A DNA stretch of 64,000 nt from the NCBI GenBank assembly GCA_964016885.1, contig OZ024740.1:174778001-174842000 (forward strand), in the 5' to 3' direction. The position numbers were made by a program, and so were the translations under genes. Shown in pieces: positions 27,301 to 40,699 of the stretch. This stretch comes from Eledone cirrhosa (lineage: Eukaryota). Each line of letters opens with the position of its first letter. Position 1 is the stretch's first letter. The notes beneath the pieces were generated by a model. The model made no database searches. It worked only from the letters and a program-made list of their open reading frames with translations, and was not told the origin of the DNA.

Positions 27301-28420
27301 CAAAACATTAAGCGTTTCAAATGTCGTTTCTACACCTTTAGATCGTATAGCCTTCAGATAATTGCCAGCTATTTCGTTCACCGCTTCCAATTCCAATTTA
27401 GTGGGTTCTTTACTGACTCTAGTGTTGTATGGTCTGTCACTCACATTAAGGCTGTGTATCTCTTGAAACATATCATTCCATATCACTTGTAGGGAGCCCA
27501 CAAGTTTTTGGTGCTCTGTTTGTTCAGTAGAGTCATGAATTTCAGCCTCGTTGTTGATGTGGTGACAATTACTACTAGAGTCAGCTGACCTTTCTCGCTG
27601 TTCTTCAGTGGAAGTGGGATGAATTTCAGCAAAATTGTTGGTGAGCTGTTCACTGTTAGATTTAGCTGGCCATTCTCTTTGTCTGTCAGTGGAGGTGGGG
27701 TGGTTGTCTACAAGGGCTGTATTTGTAGTATCACTCGATTCCGTTAGATGTATCAATTTACATCTAATGATACGTTTTGCCTGTTCATTTAAATGCTTTG
27801 GAGAAAAGTCTAATTCTGGGTGTTTGGAGTTCCATAAAGTTTTTAGCCGTTGCATAAAACCGAACTTTTTGGGTTCAGATTGTTTGTATGCTTCATATAA
27901 TACTTTGTTAAGCTCGTAGGTCCACTGTGTACAACGGTTGTAATTGCGATTTGGTCGAAGGAGACTTGTACTTTTTGCCATGATGAGTTCGTCTATTCAC
28001 TAATATTTCGTATTTATTTTTCAAAATAGTCGATGATCTTCTTTAAAAGTTACGACAAAGTTCTGTCAGAATCAAATTTAAAGTTATTCACAGCTTGAGT
28101 AATATTTCTTTTCAGTTAGTTTTTAATTCTACAGCTGTGTTTTATATAAATGTAATATTTCTTTATAAATGTAATATAACAACGTTGCATTTATATGTTA
28201 AAGTGTATGTATCGTTCATATATCATAAGTGTATGTATCGTTCATATAAATAGGTGTTTTACAACACACTTACAGTTCAAACACTTATGTAGAATTATTG
28301 TATGTAATCTTACCGCGTAATGTAGCTCAACTTTTTCCAATATATGGTATGTTGCCTTCATGTAAGCCGTAATTACACACGTCCGATTATCGGACACTGA
28401 CCACAACGGTCGCCATTTTG
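24391..28420 (-). mobile_element. Near full-length R4/Dong-clade non-LTR retrotransposon (RT plus restriction-like endonuclease) in (TATG)n
   Basis: Single long ORF with ~440-nt 5' UTR, short 3' UTR with hairpin GCCACC(aggaa)GGTGGC, TATG/TG microsatellite on both flanks. Confidence 0.9.
24470..27981 (-). pseudogene. R4-type RT/RLE polyprotein with one in-frame stop (26797) and two frameshifts (~25255, ~24833)
   Basis: KSPGPD, YRPIAC, WLDYQKAFDSVPH, GIFQGDSLS, HLFFVDDLKLY, YRYLG; CCHC CRLC...HIVASC; RHD; NRPDIVVWD...VVEISCP nuclease motif; R4-type N-terminus QWTYELNKVL...GFMQRLKTLW. Confidence 0.9.
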
Positions 28421-28430
28421 TATATATGTA

Positions 28431-28461
<31 letters not shown>

Positions 28462-28884
28462 ATGTATGTATGTATGTATGTATGTATGTATGTATGTATG
28501 TATGTGTATGTATGTATGTATGTATGTATGTATGTATGTATGTATGTATGTATGTATGTGTGTGCGTGTGTGTGTGTATGTATGTATGTATGTATGTATG
28601 TATGTATGTATGTATGTATGTATGTGTGTGCGTGTGTGTATGTATGTATGTATGTATGTATGTATGTATGTATGTATGTATGTATGTATGTATGTGTGTG
28701 TGTGCGTGTGTGTGTGTATGTATGTATGTATGTATGTATGTATGTGCTACTGGTAACATGAAACCCTGTAAAACCTGTCACATAGTCTTGTCGTCAGAGA
28801 CTAAACCGACAACCCTATTAAGCTTGCTTGGTAAAGAGGGTGGCATAAGACACCCTGTGGGGTGAAAAACAAAACACAACAAAA

Positions 28885-29160
28885 GGGTAGAGGAACTTTC
28901 AATTAGAAGATTTCTGGTGAGGAAAAACATTCCCACTCTTCCACATCCTCCATATAACCCAGATCTTGTCCCGTGGATTTCTACCTTTTCCCTAATTTGA
29001 AATCGAAGTTGAAGAGTTATCATTTTGGAACTGTGGAAAACGTACATGAAATTGTAACTGACGATTTAAGGACTCTCACAGAAAATGTCTTCCGATACTG
29101 ATATAACCAATGGAAAACATTTTGGAACCACTGTGTGATTTCCCAAGCGTCGTATTTCAA
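28885..29160 (+). mobile_element. Mariner transposase C-terminal fragment
   Basis: LPHPPYNPDLVP..FYLFPNLK corresponds to the YSPDLAPxD motif region. Confidence 0.75.
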
Positions 29161-29946
29161 CAATTTCGAGTCTTTAACAATTCCGCCAATCCACTCTACC
29201 TCGTCTATATATAGGGAAGTACTAAACATGCTTTGTGGAATTTATAAGAGTGTGAATGCAGTAATGTTTCCTTAGTGAATGCAGTCAAGCAATATATGAC
29301 TGGAACATATGAGTGTAAATAACAAATCAGATTTTAATATAAATCGTTAGTTTTTATGAGAGACAACTGGAAAGATACTACGCATATGTTTTATGCTCTC
29401 TATGTCAGTTACATGGTTTTCATTTTTAAATTGCACGAAGTCGTCTCTATGTGAGTCTGTATGTGAAAATGTGTGTGTGCGTGTATATTATAGTGTTTGT
29501 ATGCAAGTGTAATTGTGGGAGGACAAGATAGATATGACTAAGTTATGCATTAATGGTTGGCAATATGTATATTATGTTTATCCACTGATAGTATGATGGC
29601 TAATGTATATAATCACACATATATACGATTATATATGGATGTGTGCAAGAACGTGTGTGTCTCGGTATATTTAACTGTGTTCATATGAATATTTGATCAG
29701 ATGATATGATGACATGCGTTATCATGCTAATAGTGCATCAGTCCAAATTCATAAGTATAAGTGAATTTGAAAATCAAATTAAGTTCTTCTCACCACATTC
29801 ATTATAACCATATTTAGGTCATCTAGATTTAACTAATTCAGATCACGTTCACTTGTGCGAGTATTAAATATTACTAGCAGTAGTACTTGTCATTTCTCGG
29901 GTTTATTAATATTTAAATACATGAGTTCAGTATAATTTGAATAAAA

Positions 29947-31780
29947 TATTAGGTTGGACAGAAAGTTCCCGTCGTTTTTCAAATGTTTATTGACTTTGGC
30001 GTTTTTTAACATTAGAAGAATTTTAACATTTAGCCTCCTAAGGCCGTGTTCACGAGTGATGGAAGGCAAGAGGCTGAATTAAGTGCAAGAATTGCAGGAA
30101 CTAATGCAGTAATGCGCCAGCTTCAGCATTGGGTAATCAGAGGTAGGGAGGTAGGTGTAAAAGTCAAACTCGCTATCTTCAATTCAGTATTCATGCCAAC
30201 CTTTATCTATGGTCATGAATTTTGGGTAATGACAGAAAGAATACGATCGCGAATACAAGTGGCCGAAATGGGATTCCTCCGAAGGGTCTTTGGAGTAACG
30301 TTACTCGAAGAGTGCATAGCTCGGAGATCAGAGAGTCACTCCAGGTTCAGCCGCAACTTCTCCGAATTGAGAGATCACAGCTCCGATACTATGAGCATGG
30401 GGTTAGAATGTCTCAGGAAAGAATCGCTGGAGAGCTTTTACGGACAAAACCAAACAGCAGGCAACCCAGGGGTAGACCCCGAGCAAGATGAATGGATAAC
30501 ATCCATGAGCTTGGCTGGTCTTGCTTGGGGATCCAGACGGATCAGTTGGAGACGGTTGCTTCTGACAGGACCCGCTGGAAGGAGTGTTTGAGGACTCTGC
30601 CCCAACGACCCTCACAGGAATAAGTGGGCGAAGAAGAAGAAGAAGAAGAAGAAGAAGAAGAAGAAGAAGAAGAAGAAGAAGAAGAAGAAGAAGAAGAAGA
30701 AGAAGAAGAAGAAGAAGAAGAAGAAGAAGAAGAAGAAGAAGAAGAAGAAGAAGAAGAAGAAGAAGATTTTACAAGTCATTATTTGCGATTCCCGTCTGCC
30801 ATCGTTTATTAGTCACATGATTCCATCCGTAGAATTCTTTTGACTTCGATACAAAGAATTCCATCAGCCACTGATTTAACTGGTCTTCATTGGTGAAGAT
30901 CTTTGCATTGCATTGCTCATTGAGAGAAAAGGGTGATAGTATATAGGTGGGAGGTCAGGCTGATAGAGCAGAACCTCCCAACCTAGCTCCAGCAGCTTCT
31001 CACAGATCATCCTTGATGTATGTGGCTGAGTGTTATCATGAAGGAATCGAACAGGACTATGGTGTGGATGCGCCTGTGCGATTTTCGCTGCTAATCTGTC
31101 AAGTTGTTAGAAAAATGCGTCAGTGTTTATGCTAGTGTTCGATGAGAACAGCTCGTAGGGGGTGACACCTTCCCAGTCCCACCAGACGCTCAGAAGGGCC
31201 TTGCAAGAGTGAAGGCCAGCCTTTGCTTGCCGTTGTGGCCCACTCTCTTTATCAGCTCATAATCACTTGCGCTTGACATTAATGTAGAGACGCCATTTTT
31301 CATCACCAGTGACAATGCAACGTAGCCAGTCATTCCCGATTACAGTTAGTCAGATTGTGGGGCATCCATTGGTCTAACATGGACACCTTCCCTATTACAT
31401 GCAAGTGTTTGAGGATCGTTGTTTTCGATGCCCCAAGTGCTTTGGAAAATGTAAGTGATGTCTAGAGTGGGTTGTCTTCCACCAGCTCACGCAGTTTATC
31501 GTCATTGAAGTTGGATGGACGTCATGCACGAGGTTGATCTTCAAAGCTGTAATCACCGGAACGGAAGCTAGATTTGAAGTCAAAAAGTAAACAGTTACCA
31601 ATAAACGGTTTAGATAGATTCATATTGATTCCCCATTGACGCCGTAATAGAAAAGAAATTCATATAGTGCATACCAACGTTCTTATATATGTGCGCAAGC
31701 GCAACCTTTAACATTTCCAGAAAACTCTAGAAAAATACCGCTTTTTGAAAAATGATGAGAACTTTCTATCCAACCCAATA
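29947..31780 (-). mobile_element. Degenerate mariner element with both TIRs, interrupted by an RTE insertion
   Basis: TATTAGGTTGGACAGAAAGTTCCCGTCGTTTTTCAAA versus reverse complement of 31744-31780; TA flanks; minus-strand WMPHNL, TGDEKW, HDNTQPH, LGWEVL..PDL motifs. Confidence 0.88.
30035..30765 (+). mobile_element. 5'-truncated RTE-clade LINE with long (GAA)n tail
   Basis: YGHEFWVMTERIRSRIQVAEMGFLRR and QPRGRPR motifs; (GAA)n at 30630-30765. Confidence 0.9.
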
Positions 31781-34700
31781 CTTTTAAAGGATGCTAATGA
31801 TCTTCTGGTCTGGGAATGCTAATCAACCAAGTCAGAAAATCGATCAAGTTGAACTTGAATATTAAATCCGAAAGTTACATCACCTATGACCTTTTTTATT
31901 CCATAGTTAACATATTACTCAAACCTTAAAGTATTGAGCAAACAAGGAAACCTCTACACCATCATTCAATATGCTAAAAATAGCAACCAAATTTACCGCC
32001 CCCAAACCACAACGAACCATCTTAAAAGAAAAAGGGTACGTTAGACAATACAGTCCTAGATATATTTTTTAAAAAACAACAACTGGGTGGTCAAAACTGA
32101 TATATTTTTGATCATAAGTAGACTTTGGTTTAAGCAACAAAAACAAAAACAACAACAAACAACAACTTACCATTTACACTAATTCTCAATTACATTTACA
32201 CTAATCCTCAGAAATAAATATTTCTAACATTGGCACGAGGCCAGTAATGGGTGGGAGAGGGAAGTCGATTATATTGATTCCAGTACTTAATTGGTATTTT
32301 ATTTTATCGACTCCGGAAAGATGAAAAGCAAAGTCGACTTCGACGGGATTTGCACTCATTTGAAAGTGGTAACTAAATACGTCACAGCATTTTGGCAGAC
32401 GTTATAATAATATTACCAATCCACCGCCTTCTAATTCTCAAAAATAGTGATTTTCTGGTTCATATTAAGGTCGTCACACATAGATTATTTGGCGTTGGAA
32501 TCGCGACAGGATGACGATCTCTGCGTTGAAACCCGTGATTACCATGGGCGCTCGGCATCTCTTTACGGTGCGGTGAATTGACTGGCTAAAGCCCACTCAA
32601 CCCATTCCGAGTGAACAGAGGTACAGTAAGCAAGCAAAATATTTCAGTGAGAACAATGTATTAACAAAAATTGAAAACCATTGAACTCAATATCTGACGG
32701 TCTTCTCTATATTCTGAATTCAAACCTCATCAACGTGAGCTTTAATTTTTCATACCTCCAGAACTGATAAAATAGGGATCAGTACCTGATAAGATTATGG
32801 CGGCGAAATGACAGAGTCGTTAACGCCTCGGATTCAATGTACCCTCGTATTTGTTCCGGTTGAAACTGCGTTTCAAGTTCCCATCCCGCCGAGGTCAACT
32901 CTGCCTTTCACTCTTTTGATGTCGATAAATAAAGTACCAGTCCAGGGCTGATGTCGATTTTCTCTAGCTATAGAAGATATTGTCTGTGTTCCGACCTAGA
33001 AAGGATGGACTCCGCAACACACATCTTGCATCAGGGCGGTCCTTTACCTACATATTATCATGATGGATGTTCTGTTGGTCGAATCAAAGCTAAGGTAAAA
33101 GACATTTACCCAAAATGCCAAGCAATGGGATCGAATCCGCAACCCCAGGATTGTGAAGCGAACTTCTTAACCACTCAGCCATGCTGCGTCCAATACATGT
33201 TATATGATTTAATTGATTCATTCAACTACTTCCCTCGCCTTCAACAACTAGTTTTCAGCATCAAGTTTCTTGTAACTTCAACGTACTCTATATAATAACA
33301 TACTCAGTATAATGAGTTTCAATTGGTAAAGTTGATAGGTGACTGGTCAACTGAATGATCACTATTTCATTCGTTCATCATGAGACCAGACGACAAAACT
33401 ATGCAAATATATCTTAATTCTCAATGTAAATAAAGATTAATCAAAGGTTCTGTTTAGCATTTACGCTGAACAGTAGAATAGTGTTGGCTAGTAGGCTTAC
33501 AATGTGGGTTGACATGCAATATCCATTTGTCAAATTAGGTTAATGTCACAATAGTTCAGCTAGTGTTATCATATTTGATGGATAACTGAAGGGTGAAGGG
33601 GTGGCAGAATTGATAGAACGCCGGATAAAAGGCGATTGTGGTATTTCATCTTTGCTTTTCATAATTTTAGTGGTCGAAAAAATAAAGTACCAGTTAAATA
33701 CTGAAGCTGATTTAATCAACAATTCCTTTCCCCTAAATTTGCTGACCTTATGTCTGAATTAGGAATCAATATAGAACACCTTGCGACATTTATTCTGGAT
33801 CTTCACATTCTGCGTTCAAAGCCAATTGAGGTGGATTTGCCTGTCACCTATTGTATGTATGGACCTGTAACTCCTGCTACAGTCATCGGGTGTTGTCGTG
33901 ACATACGGCGTGTCTTGAGCATTTTAGACCCGGCGGAGCTAATCCCCTCTCCATGTCTGAAAACAGCCGTCATCTTCTAGAGAGAGAGAGAATGAAAGAG
34001 AGAGAAAGTGAAAAAGAGATGTAGAGGAAGAATCGGTCCCAGTACTGGATTGATACATTATTATCGACCCTGAATGGATGAAAGGCAAAGTTGACTTCGG
34101 CGGGATTTGAATTCAATGTACAGAGAGCTGGAACAAATACCGTAAAGTGTTCTATCCGACGTTCTAACAATTCGCCACACATTCTATCCTTTCTGGATCG
34201 ATAAATAAAGTACAAATCGAAAGCGATAGATTGGCGAAATTGTTAGAGCATTAAGTGAGATACCATGTGGTACATTCTCCGAAATTACGCCCTAGTATGT
34301 ATGGACATGACTTACGGGTGATAAGCCCTAGCCATTGTTCAGTCCGCAGTTGCCCAATGTAGACATGTAGCACTACAACCAACGTAGATTAACCAGTAAC
34401 GACATGTTTGGGCTCCATTCAGTAGTGGATGGAGAATGATTGAATGGAAATCAATTCCTGGCAGCTAGATTAACTGAAGGAGTGGATAATGAAACATTCT
34501 GTTCAGGCGATGAATTAACAAAGTCGTTAGGATGTAGGAGAAAATGCATTGTGGTATTTGTTTCGACCCTCTGCGCTCCCAATTCAAATCCCGCTGAAGT
34601 CAAATTGCCTTTCATCACTTCAGTGGTCAATAAAATAAAATACCATCCCTGAGAAGTGTATTGGCGGAAAATTGGGGGTGTCGAACGAGATGCTTTTCGG

Positions 34701-36009
34701 TATTTTCCCGGGGTTTTTTTTCTTTTGCGTCTAAACTCAAATCACGCCAAAGCTTATTTGAGTGGTAAACTTAATCAACACTACCTTTGGGTCCTTTTAG
34801 TGGCATCCAATTGGACACAAGTATTCAACGAGATCTCTGGTCTCATGAAAACTTTCTCCCTCGCACCAGTTATGGAAGCTCTAAAATGGGTCATAGGCAA
34901 TGCCCTTTCCTGACTAAACGGTAAAAGTACTCGTCACAAAATACCTGCACTGGATTCCAACTCACTATTGGTGGGAAGTTAGTTCACAAGCTAACAAAAA
35001 TGCTGCTTTGTTTTTCAGTTTCTTTTTATTTTATACTTATTTGCATCCCGTTGACCTTATTTGTCTTTTTTTTCTTTCGTTGTCTCTTGCTTTTGTTTCT
35101 TAACTGTAAGCTGTACTAGATACCCCATCCCACCCCACCCCACCTAGTCTGTCATGGTTTACTAACTCTAGACGGACGTTTAAATTAAATAAATGAATAA
35201 ATAGATATGTCACAACTGGAATACTGTGTAATTATAGATCAATTTCTGTTCAACCACGGTTAACCTGGGGTTTAAAAACAACTTGGCCATCTCTATTTTA
35301 TACACATAAACATATTTTAATATATTGTTCAAGTTTCATATTGGTTTCAGAAGAAGACACTAGAAGTTGTGGCGTTAATACTTTTCGAGGGGAAGCATTA
35401 GCAGTATATTGAAGTGACATGAAATATTAACCAGAACTTGAACCTGTAATCACAAAGTTCAGCTTAGCTCACCAGGACTTCCACATATTAAGTTCTATGA
35501 CATTTGCCACACTATTTGCATTTAGTGTTCAGTATATGTGTACCTTCTAGTGTTCAATGCAGTTTTTTCTGTCTTAGTTAATAATAATAATAAAAATAAT
35601 AATAATAATAATATTAATAAAGGTAGAGGGAGGGAACATAACTTTCACCTTGGGTTCAAAAGCAACAAGCACAATTTTACTAGAGGGTCATTCCCCAGTG
35701 CGTGCTTAATAAAATTAGACCTTCAGAGACAAGGTAGAAGTGGGAAGGAAAGGTCACGTTACCAGAATACACGGATAATCTATTAGTAATGTGATAATTC
35801 AAGAAAATAGCTCTACTGTATTGAGGACATAAGCGAGAAAACAAAACAATTTACCCTTTCGCAAATGTTGACAAATGTCACTAGATTTACGAATCAATGG
35901 CTGGAAGGTTTAGGGCGGGGTGAATTTCAGAGAAGAATGTCATTATAATGCATCTCTCTTATTCTTCATATCAGTAACTCCCACCCATTTGTGTGTTTAT
36001 TTGTCTCTC

Positions 36010-36121
<112 letters not shown>

Positions 36122-36187
36122 CACACACACACATACATACACATATATATATATATTTATATATATATGTATATATGCATACATATG

Positions 36188-36299
<112 letters not shown>

Positions 36300-36736
36300 C
36301 ATATATGATGGCTGCCCCCTCGTTATCGAGTACGGCCATTTCACGATATACCATTATTAATAACACCGTGTAACAAAAAAAAAATGTTTCTCTGTTCCTG
36401 GCTTGTAATCACTTTTTTGTGTTGCTTAGTCCCAAATAAATAAAAAAGTGCTATTAAACAGTTAAAAGTTTGGGTTTGTAAAAATTCTAAGCTATTCACT
36501 AGAATTATTTGTATGCTAAATTTTACGTTGTATGTAAGTTTAATTTGCTTATGTTAAATGATGTTTTTATATATATGTTTCAGGTTAAATTAAAATTATA
36601 AAATAAAGAGTAATACCTAAAGCAAATTATAAAAGTCCAATAAAGTATAAAATTGTTAAAAAGTGGATTAAAGACAATTATTGATACTGGGTTTTCGCAC
36701 CCTGAATAAAGGGTAAGTTGTGTTTTAAGCATTCGT

Positions 36737-36919
36737 CTCCAGGATGAAGCAGTGGAACTTGGTCAAGGAGGAAGTGCAGGTGATAAGTCATAGAATCGAC
36801 ACGAACCTTTCTCGGGTTTTTACACTCTTAGGGATGGCCTCTGCTTCTGCTATGACGTGCCTGGACTGTTTGACGTTATTGGGGTGCCGTTTGTGCCCAA
36901 GGAGTGGCGGCTATTTATA
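36737..36919 (+). mobile_element. DNA transposase fragment, Chapaev3-like
   Basis: SRMKQWNLV...(frameshift) RHEPFSGFYTLRDGLCFCYDVPGLF...KEWRLFI; family assignment from recalled motif. Confidence 0.6.
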
Positions 36920-37148
36920 GGTAATCAGGTAATCAGGTAATCAGGTAATCAGGTAATACATACATCTAGGACCACATACAACACATAAGGAGGTAATACA
37001 TACATCTAGGACCACATACAACACATAAGGAGGTAATACATACATCTAGGACCACATACAACACACAAGCAGGTAATATATACATCTAGGACTACATACA
37101 ACACACAGGCTGGTAATAAATACATCTAGGACCACATACAACACACAT
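36920..37148 (+). repeat. Minisatellite: (GGTAATCA)x4, then 40-bp unit x5
   Basis: GGTAATACATACATCTAGGACCACATACAACACATAAGGA repeated. Confidence 0.9.
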
Positions 37149-38877
37149 TGTATCATGTGCTACGGAAGACGCAAGAGCAATGGTCGGCCAACATAAGGGT
37201 TTCGTCTCTCTTCTGAAGAGAGAAAATCTATCTGTATTTGCTGTTCATTGTGTCATTCATCGACAACACTTGGCTGTGAAGAAACTCAGCAAGCCCCTGA
37301 GCAAGTCCTTGCAGGTGGCCATTGATGTCATCAATTTTATCAAACGGCATTCCCTCAATGAATGAATTTTCCGGCAACTGTGCCAAGATAATGACGAAGA
37401 ATTCATCAAGTTGCTCCTTCATACTGAAGTGAGGTGGCTTTCAAAGGGCAAGTACCTTACTCACTTCTTTGAACTGTTCGACTCTATCATTGAGTTTCTG
37501 CGAGGACGCAACACAGAACTGTACAAGAAAACCTTCGATGTGAGGCAAGATTCTCACCTACCTCGCTGACATCTTCGATAAATGCAATAGCGTCATTTTG
37601 GCTTTGCAGGGGAAGAAGATCACCTTGCTTAAAGCAAGGAATGCTGTGAAAACATTCCTGGCCAAATTGAATGTCATCGAAAGAAATCTTTGTTGGCGGG
37701 AATTCTATAATTTTGCTAGTGTCGCCAATGTTCAAAACATTGTAAGCGATGACCAACTCCAAATTTATACCACTCACCTCCGTGCACTACAAGACAACAT
37801 AAGAGAATGGTGTGTCGACCTTTTGCCGATGGACATCCCAATGTGGATAGCAGATCCCTTCATAGCTAACGTCGACGATTTGGACGTTAAATTTCAGGAA
37901 ATATTCATTGAACTTCAAGCAGATGACATGATCAAAATTAGATTTCCCAAAATAGGTGAACCCCTTTTTTGGGATGCAAGAGGAAATTCAGCGTCGATTT
38001 CCACTCCTACATGCAGAGGCTAAGAGATTTGCTCTGCCTTTTCCAAGCTCATACTTAGTCGAGAGGAGATTTGGTGCTGTTTCCAGACTGCACAGTAAGG
38101 CTCACAACCGCTACAATGTAATTACACGTGGAGATCTCTGGCTACATCTTACGAAAATTCAGCCTCACGTCAAAGAGTTAGCTAGACTCCATGAAGCTCA
38201 AGGGTCCCATTGAAATGAGGTCAAAGTTAAAGTAAGTTGATTTATCCGAAAAGTTGGATATGCTATCGTTACAAAGCAAACTAACAATTTTTTATTTGTA
38301 GTTGCAGTCTTACTGGACTGGAAACCATCTACTACAATTCACTTACTCATTTGTTGTATATATTTTACCACTTACTAATAAATATACCCTTTTATATGGT
38401 CATGAAAACCCTCTTCCATGGTCTCTAAGCTCACAAAGCGGGGTGGGGGGCATTAAGTTAGATATCAACATTTATTCTGGCCGTTTCATTAAAGGGAAAA
38501 TTGGAGAGCTTTGAAATGATATAATTGCCACTTTCTTCCAGATAAGAGCACTCTTTGGATAGACAGAGTTGCTCTTGTATAAATGTTCAAAATAGCTGGT
38601 TTCGCCTGGTGGGAATATAATTCAACTGCTCCTTATTCATAAAAAAGAACATTTGTATTCCTTTTTTTTGAAATTTATATATTTCCTTTCAAGGAATGTA
38701 TTTATACTCTCAGCTGCCTGCAATGGTATCTTTGGAATATTGTTAATTAATTTTTTAGTAATCGACTGATATCAAAATCAGTAGTATATTGAAAAATGGA
38801 AAAATAGTGTAGGGAGGCGTTTCGTGATTTCGAGGGGGAAAAGGGGGCGTTTGGCCTAAATGGGTTGAGAACCTGTG
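37148..38877 (+). mobile_element. hAT Buster/Charlie (ZBED5-like) transposon, right part with degenerate transposase
   Basis: HCVIHRQHL, LLHTEVRWLSKG, FPSSYLVERRF...HEAQGSH; right TIR GGTTGAGAACCTGTG followed by target TCCTAGAA. Confidence 0.9.
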
Positions 38878-39214
38878 TCCTAGAAGAATGCCCTGACAAA
38901 GGCTAGGGGTCCTTCACTCCCAGTGATTTAACCGCGCGATCGCGTATTTCTATGTCCTCGCGCATATACACAAACATACATATGTATATACATATTTACA
39001 CATTTTTGGATGACCGTTGACTATCATGAGTTCTTCCGCCCTTTGTCAGGTTTTGTTTTTTGTCTTGCAGGGTGTCCCAAATCATCCTCCTCTCCATGTA
39101 AACTTGGTGGGGTTGCCGGTTTAGTCGCCGACGACCCCACCATGCAACAGGTTGTACTGAGTTACATGTTACCAGTAGCACTCAAGAGTGACCCGACATA
39201 TATACATACATGTA

Positions 39215-39905
39215 GAGGGTCCTGTCAGACGCTATTGTCTCCAATTGATCCGGCTGGAGCCCTAAACGAGACCAGCCAAGCTCATGGATGTTATCCAGCC
39301 ATCTTTCTCGGGGTCTATCCATGGGTCCCCTGCCGACTGGTTTTACCCGTAAAAATCTGTCGAGCACTTCTTTCATGAGACATTCTTACCACGTGTCCGT
39401 AATATCGGAGTTGTGATCTCTCAATTCGGAGAAGTAGTGGTTCTACCTAGAGCGATTCTCTAGTTAAAGCCACTATGGAGGAATCCCATTTCGGCCGCTT
39501 GTATTCGCGATCGTATTTTTTCGGTCATATCCCAAGATTCATGACCATAGGCAAGGGTTAGCACGAATACAGAATTGAAAATAGTGAGTTTGGCTTTTAC
39601 GCCTCCCTCCCTTCTTCTGATTACTGAATCAAACCTATCGAGTGCATCTTCTGTCCAGTTAAGTAGCACCATGTAGTCTGCAAATTCCAGCCGACTAATT
39701 TTACACCGCCAAGCTGGCAACACATGTCAATCCTGTTCATATAAATAATTGTTTCTACGTTTGGAACAAGGCCAGCAATTATCCCAGTGTATTACTGGTG
39801 CTTTATTTTATCGACCCCGTAAGGATGTAAATAATGAACAGGAGAGGTGACAGTACGCACTCGTGGCGGAGTCCAACTCCCATATTAAATACATCTGAGT
39901 TTTGT
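39215..39905 (-). mobile_element. RTE LINE fragment (internally deleted) with SINE piece at ~39750-39830
   Basis: LEFADY, YGHESWDMTEKIRSRIQAAEMGFL; homologous to 30035-30630. Confidence 0.8.
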
Positions 39906-40699
39906 GTCAAAATGTGTGTAAAAGCGTAATGTATATTTGTTTGTGTTGATGTATGTGTTTTGTGTGTCTGTATTTATCATTTAGACTGGTGAGTTGAAAG
40001 TGTTTATGATACTTGATCCTTTTTAAAGGCCCCCAAGACTGGTGGGAAGGACTATCTATCTTCAAACCGGAGACAAAGACCGATGCTTGCAACAGACACA
40101 CTACATAAATTAATGTCCACTTTCCCTGATAACAAGGGTTGAGCAGGTCTTCACAGTCCAACCCAGTACTAACCTCCCAGGGATCTGTATCTCACATTCA
40201 GTCCCACGCTCTACCAAGTGCATTTTATCATGGCATCAGCGTTAAAGAGGTTGTCATGTGTTTGACACAACTGAAGGGTCCATCCAACCCTTTGTTTGGC
40301 AAGCTTTCTACGACTGGATGCCCTTCTTACAGCATGCAGTGGGTTCATTTTATATTTTGGAAAATAAACCTCATTTGGTCACATTCCATGAAAGCATTTT
40401 GGTCAGCCTATGGGCTTCTCAGGCGATCATCGTAATACTATTATGTTACATCAACATGACTACGATAATTCAAAAATGTTTCGGGTAAGATAAATCAATA
40501 ATAACCTTGAGGACACTAAAGATGACCTTTTAATTGAAGAAAACTACTCTTCTGATTCCCAGGGCGTGTATGACCTTGACGTGTATGACAACGTTTGTTA
40601 ATATCTTCAACATTACGAATTTGTAGACTTTGAAAATTTGTAAAAAGGCCTTTTATTTTTGTCAGTTTTATAGGGAATAGAAAATAGAGTAGACTCTTC

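Larger units (their letters stand above)
36306..39181 (-). mobile_element. (TATG)n-tailed retroposon copy split by DNA transposon material
   Basis: 3' end at 36306-36370; resumes at 38878-38960 and 39003-39181, matching the 22391-22488 and 9050-9190 segments. Confidence 0.7.

Noticed and set aside
30584-30820. Poly-Arg / poly-Glu ORFs
   Set aside because: (GAA)n tail of an RTE LINE.
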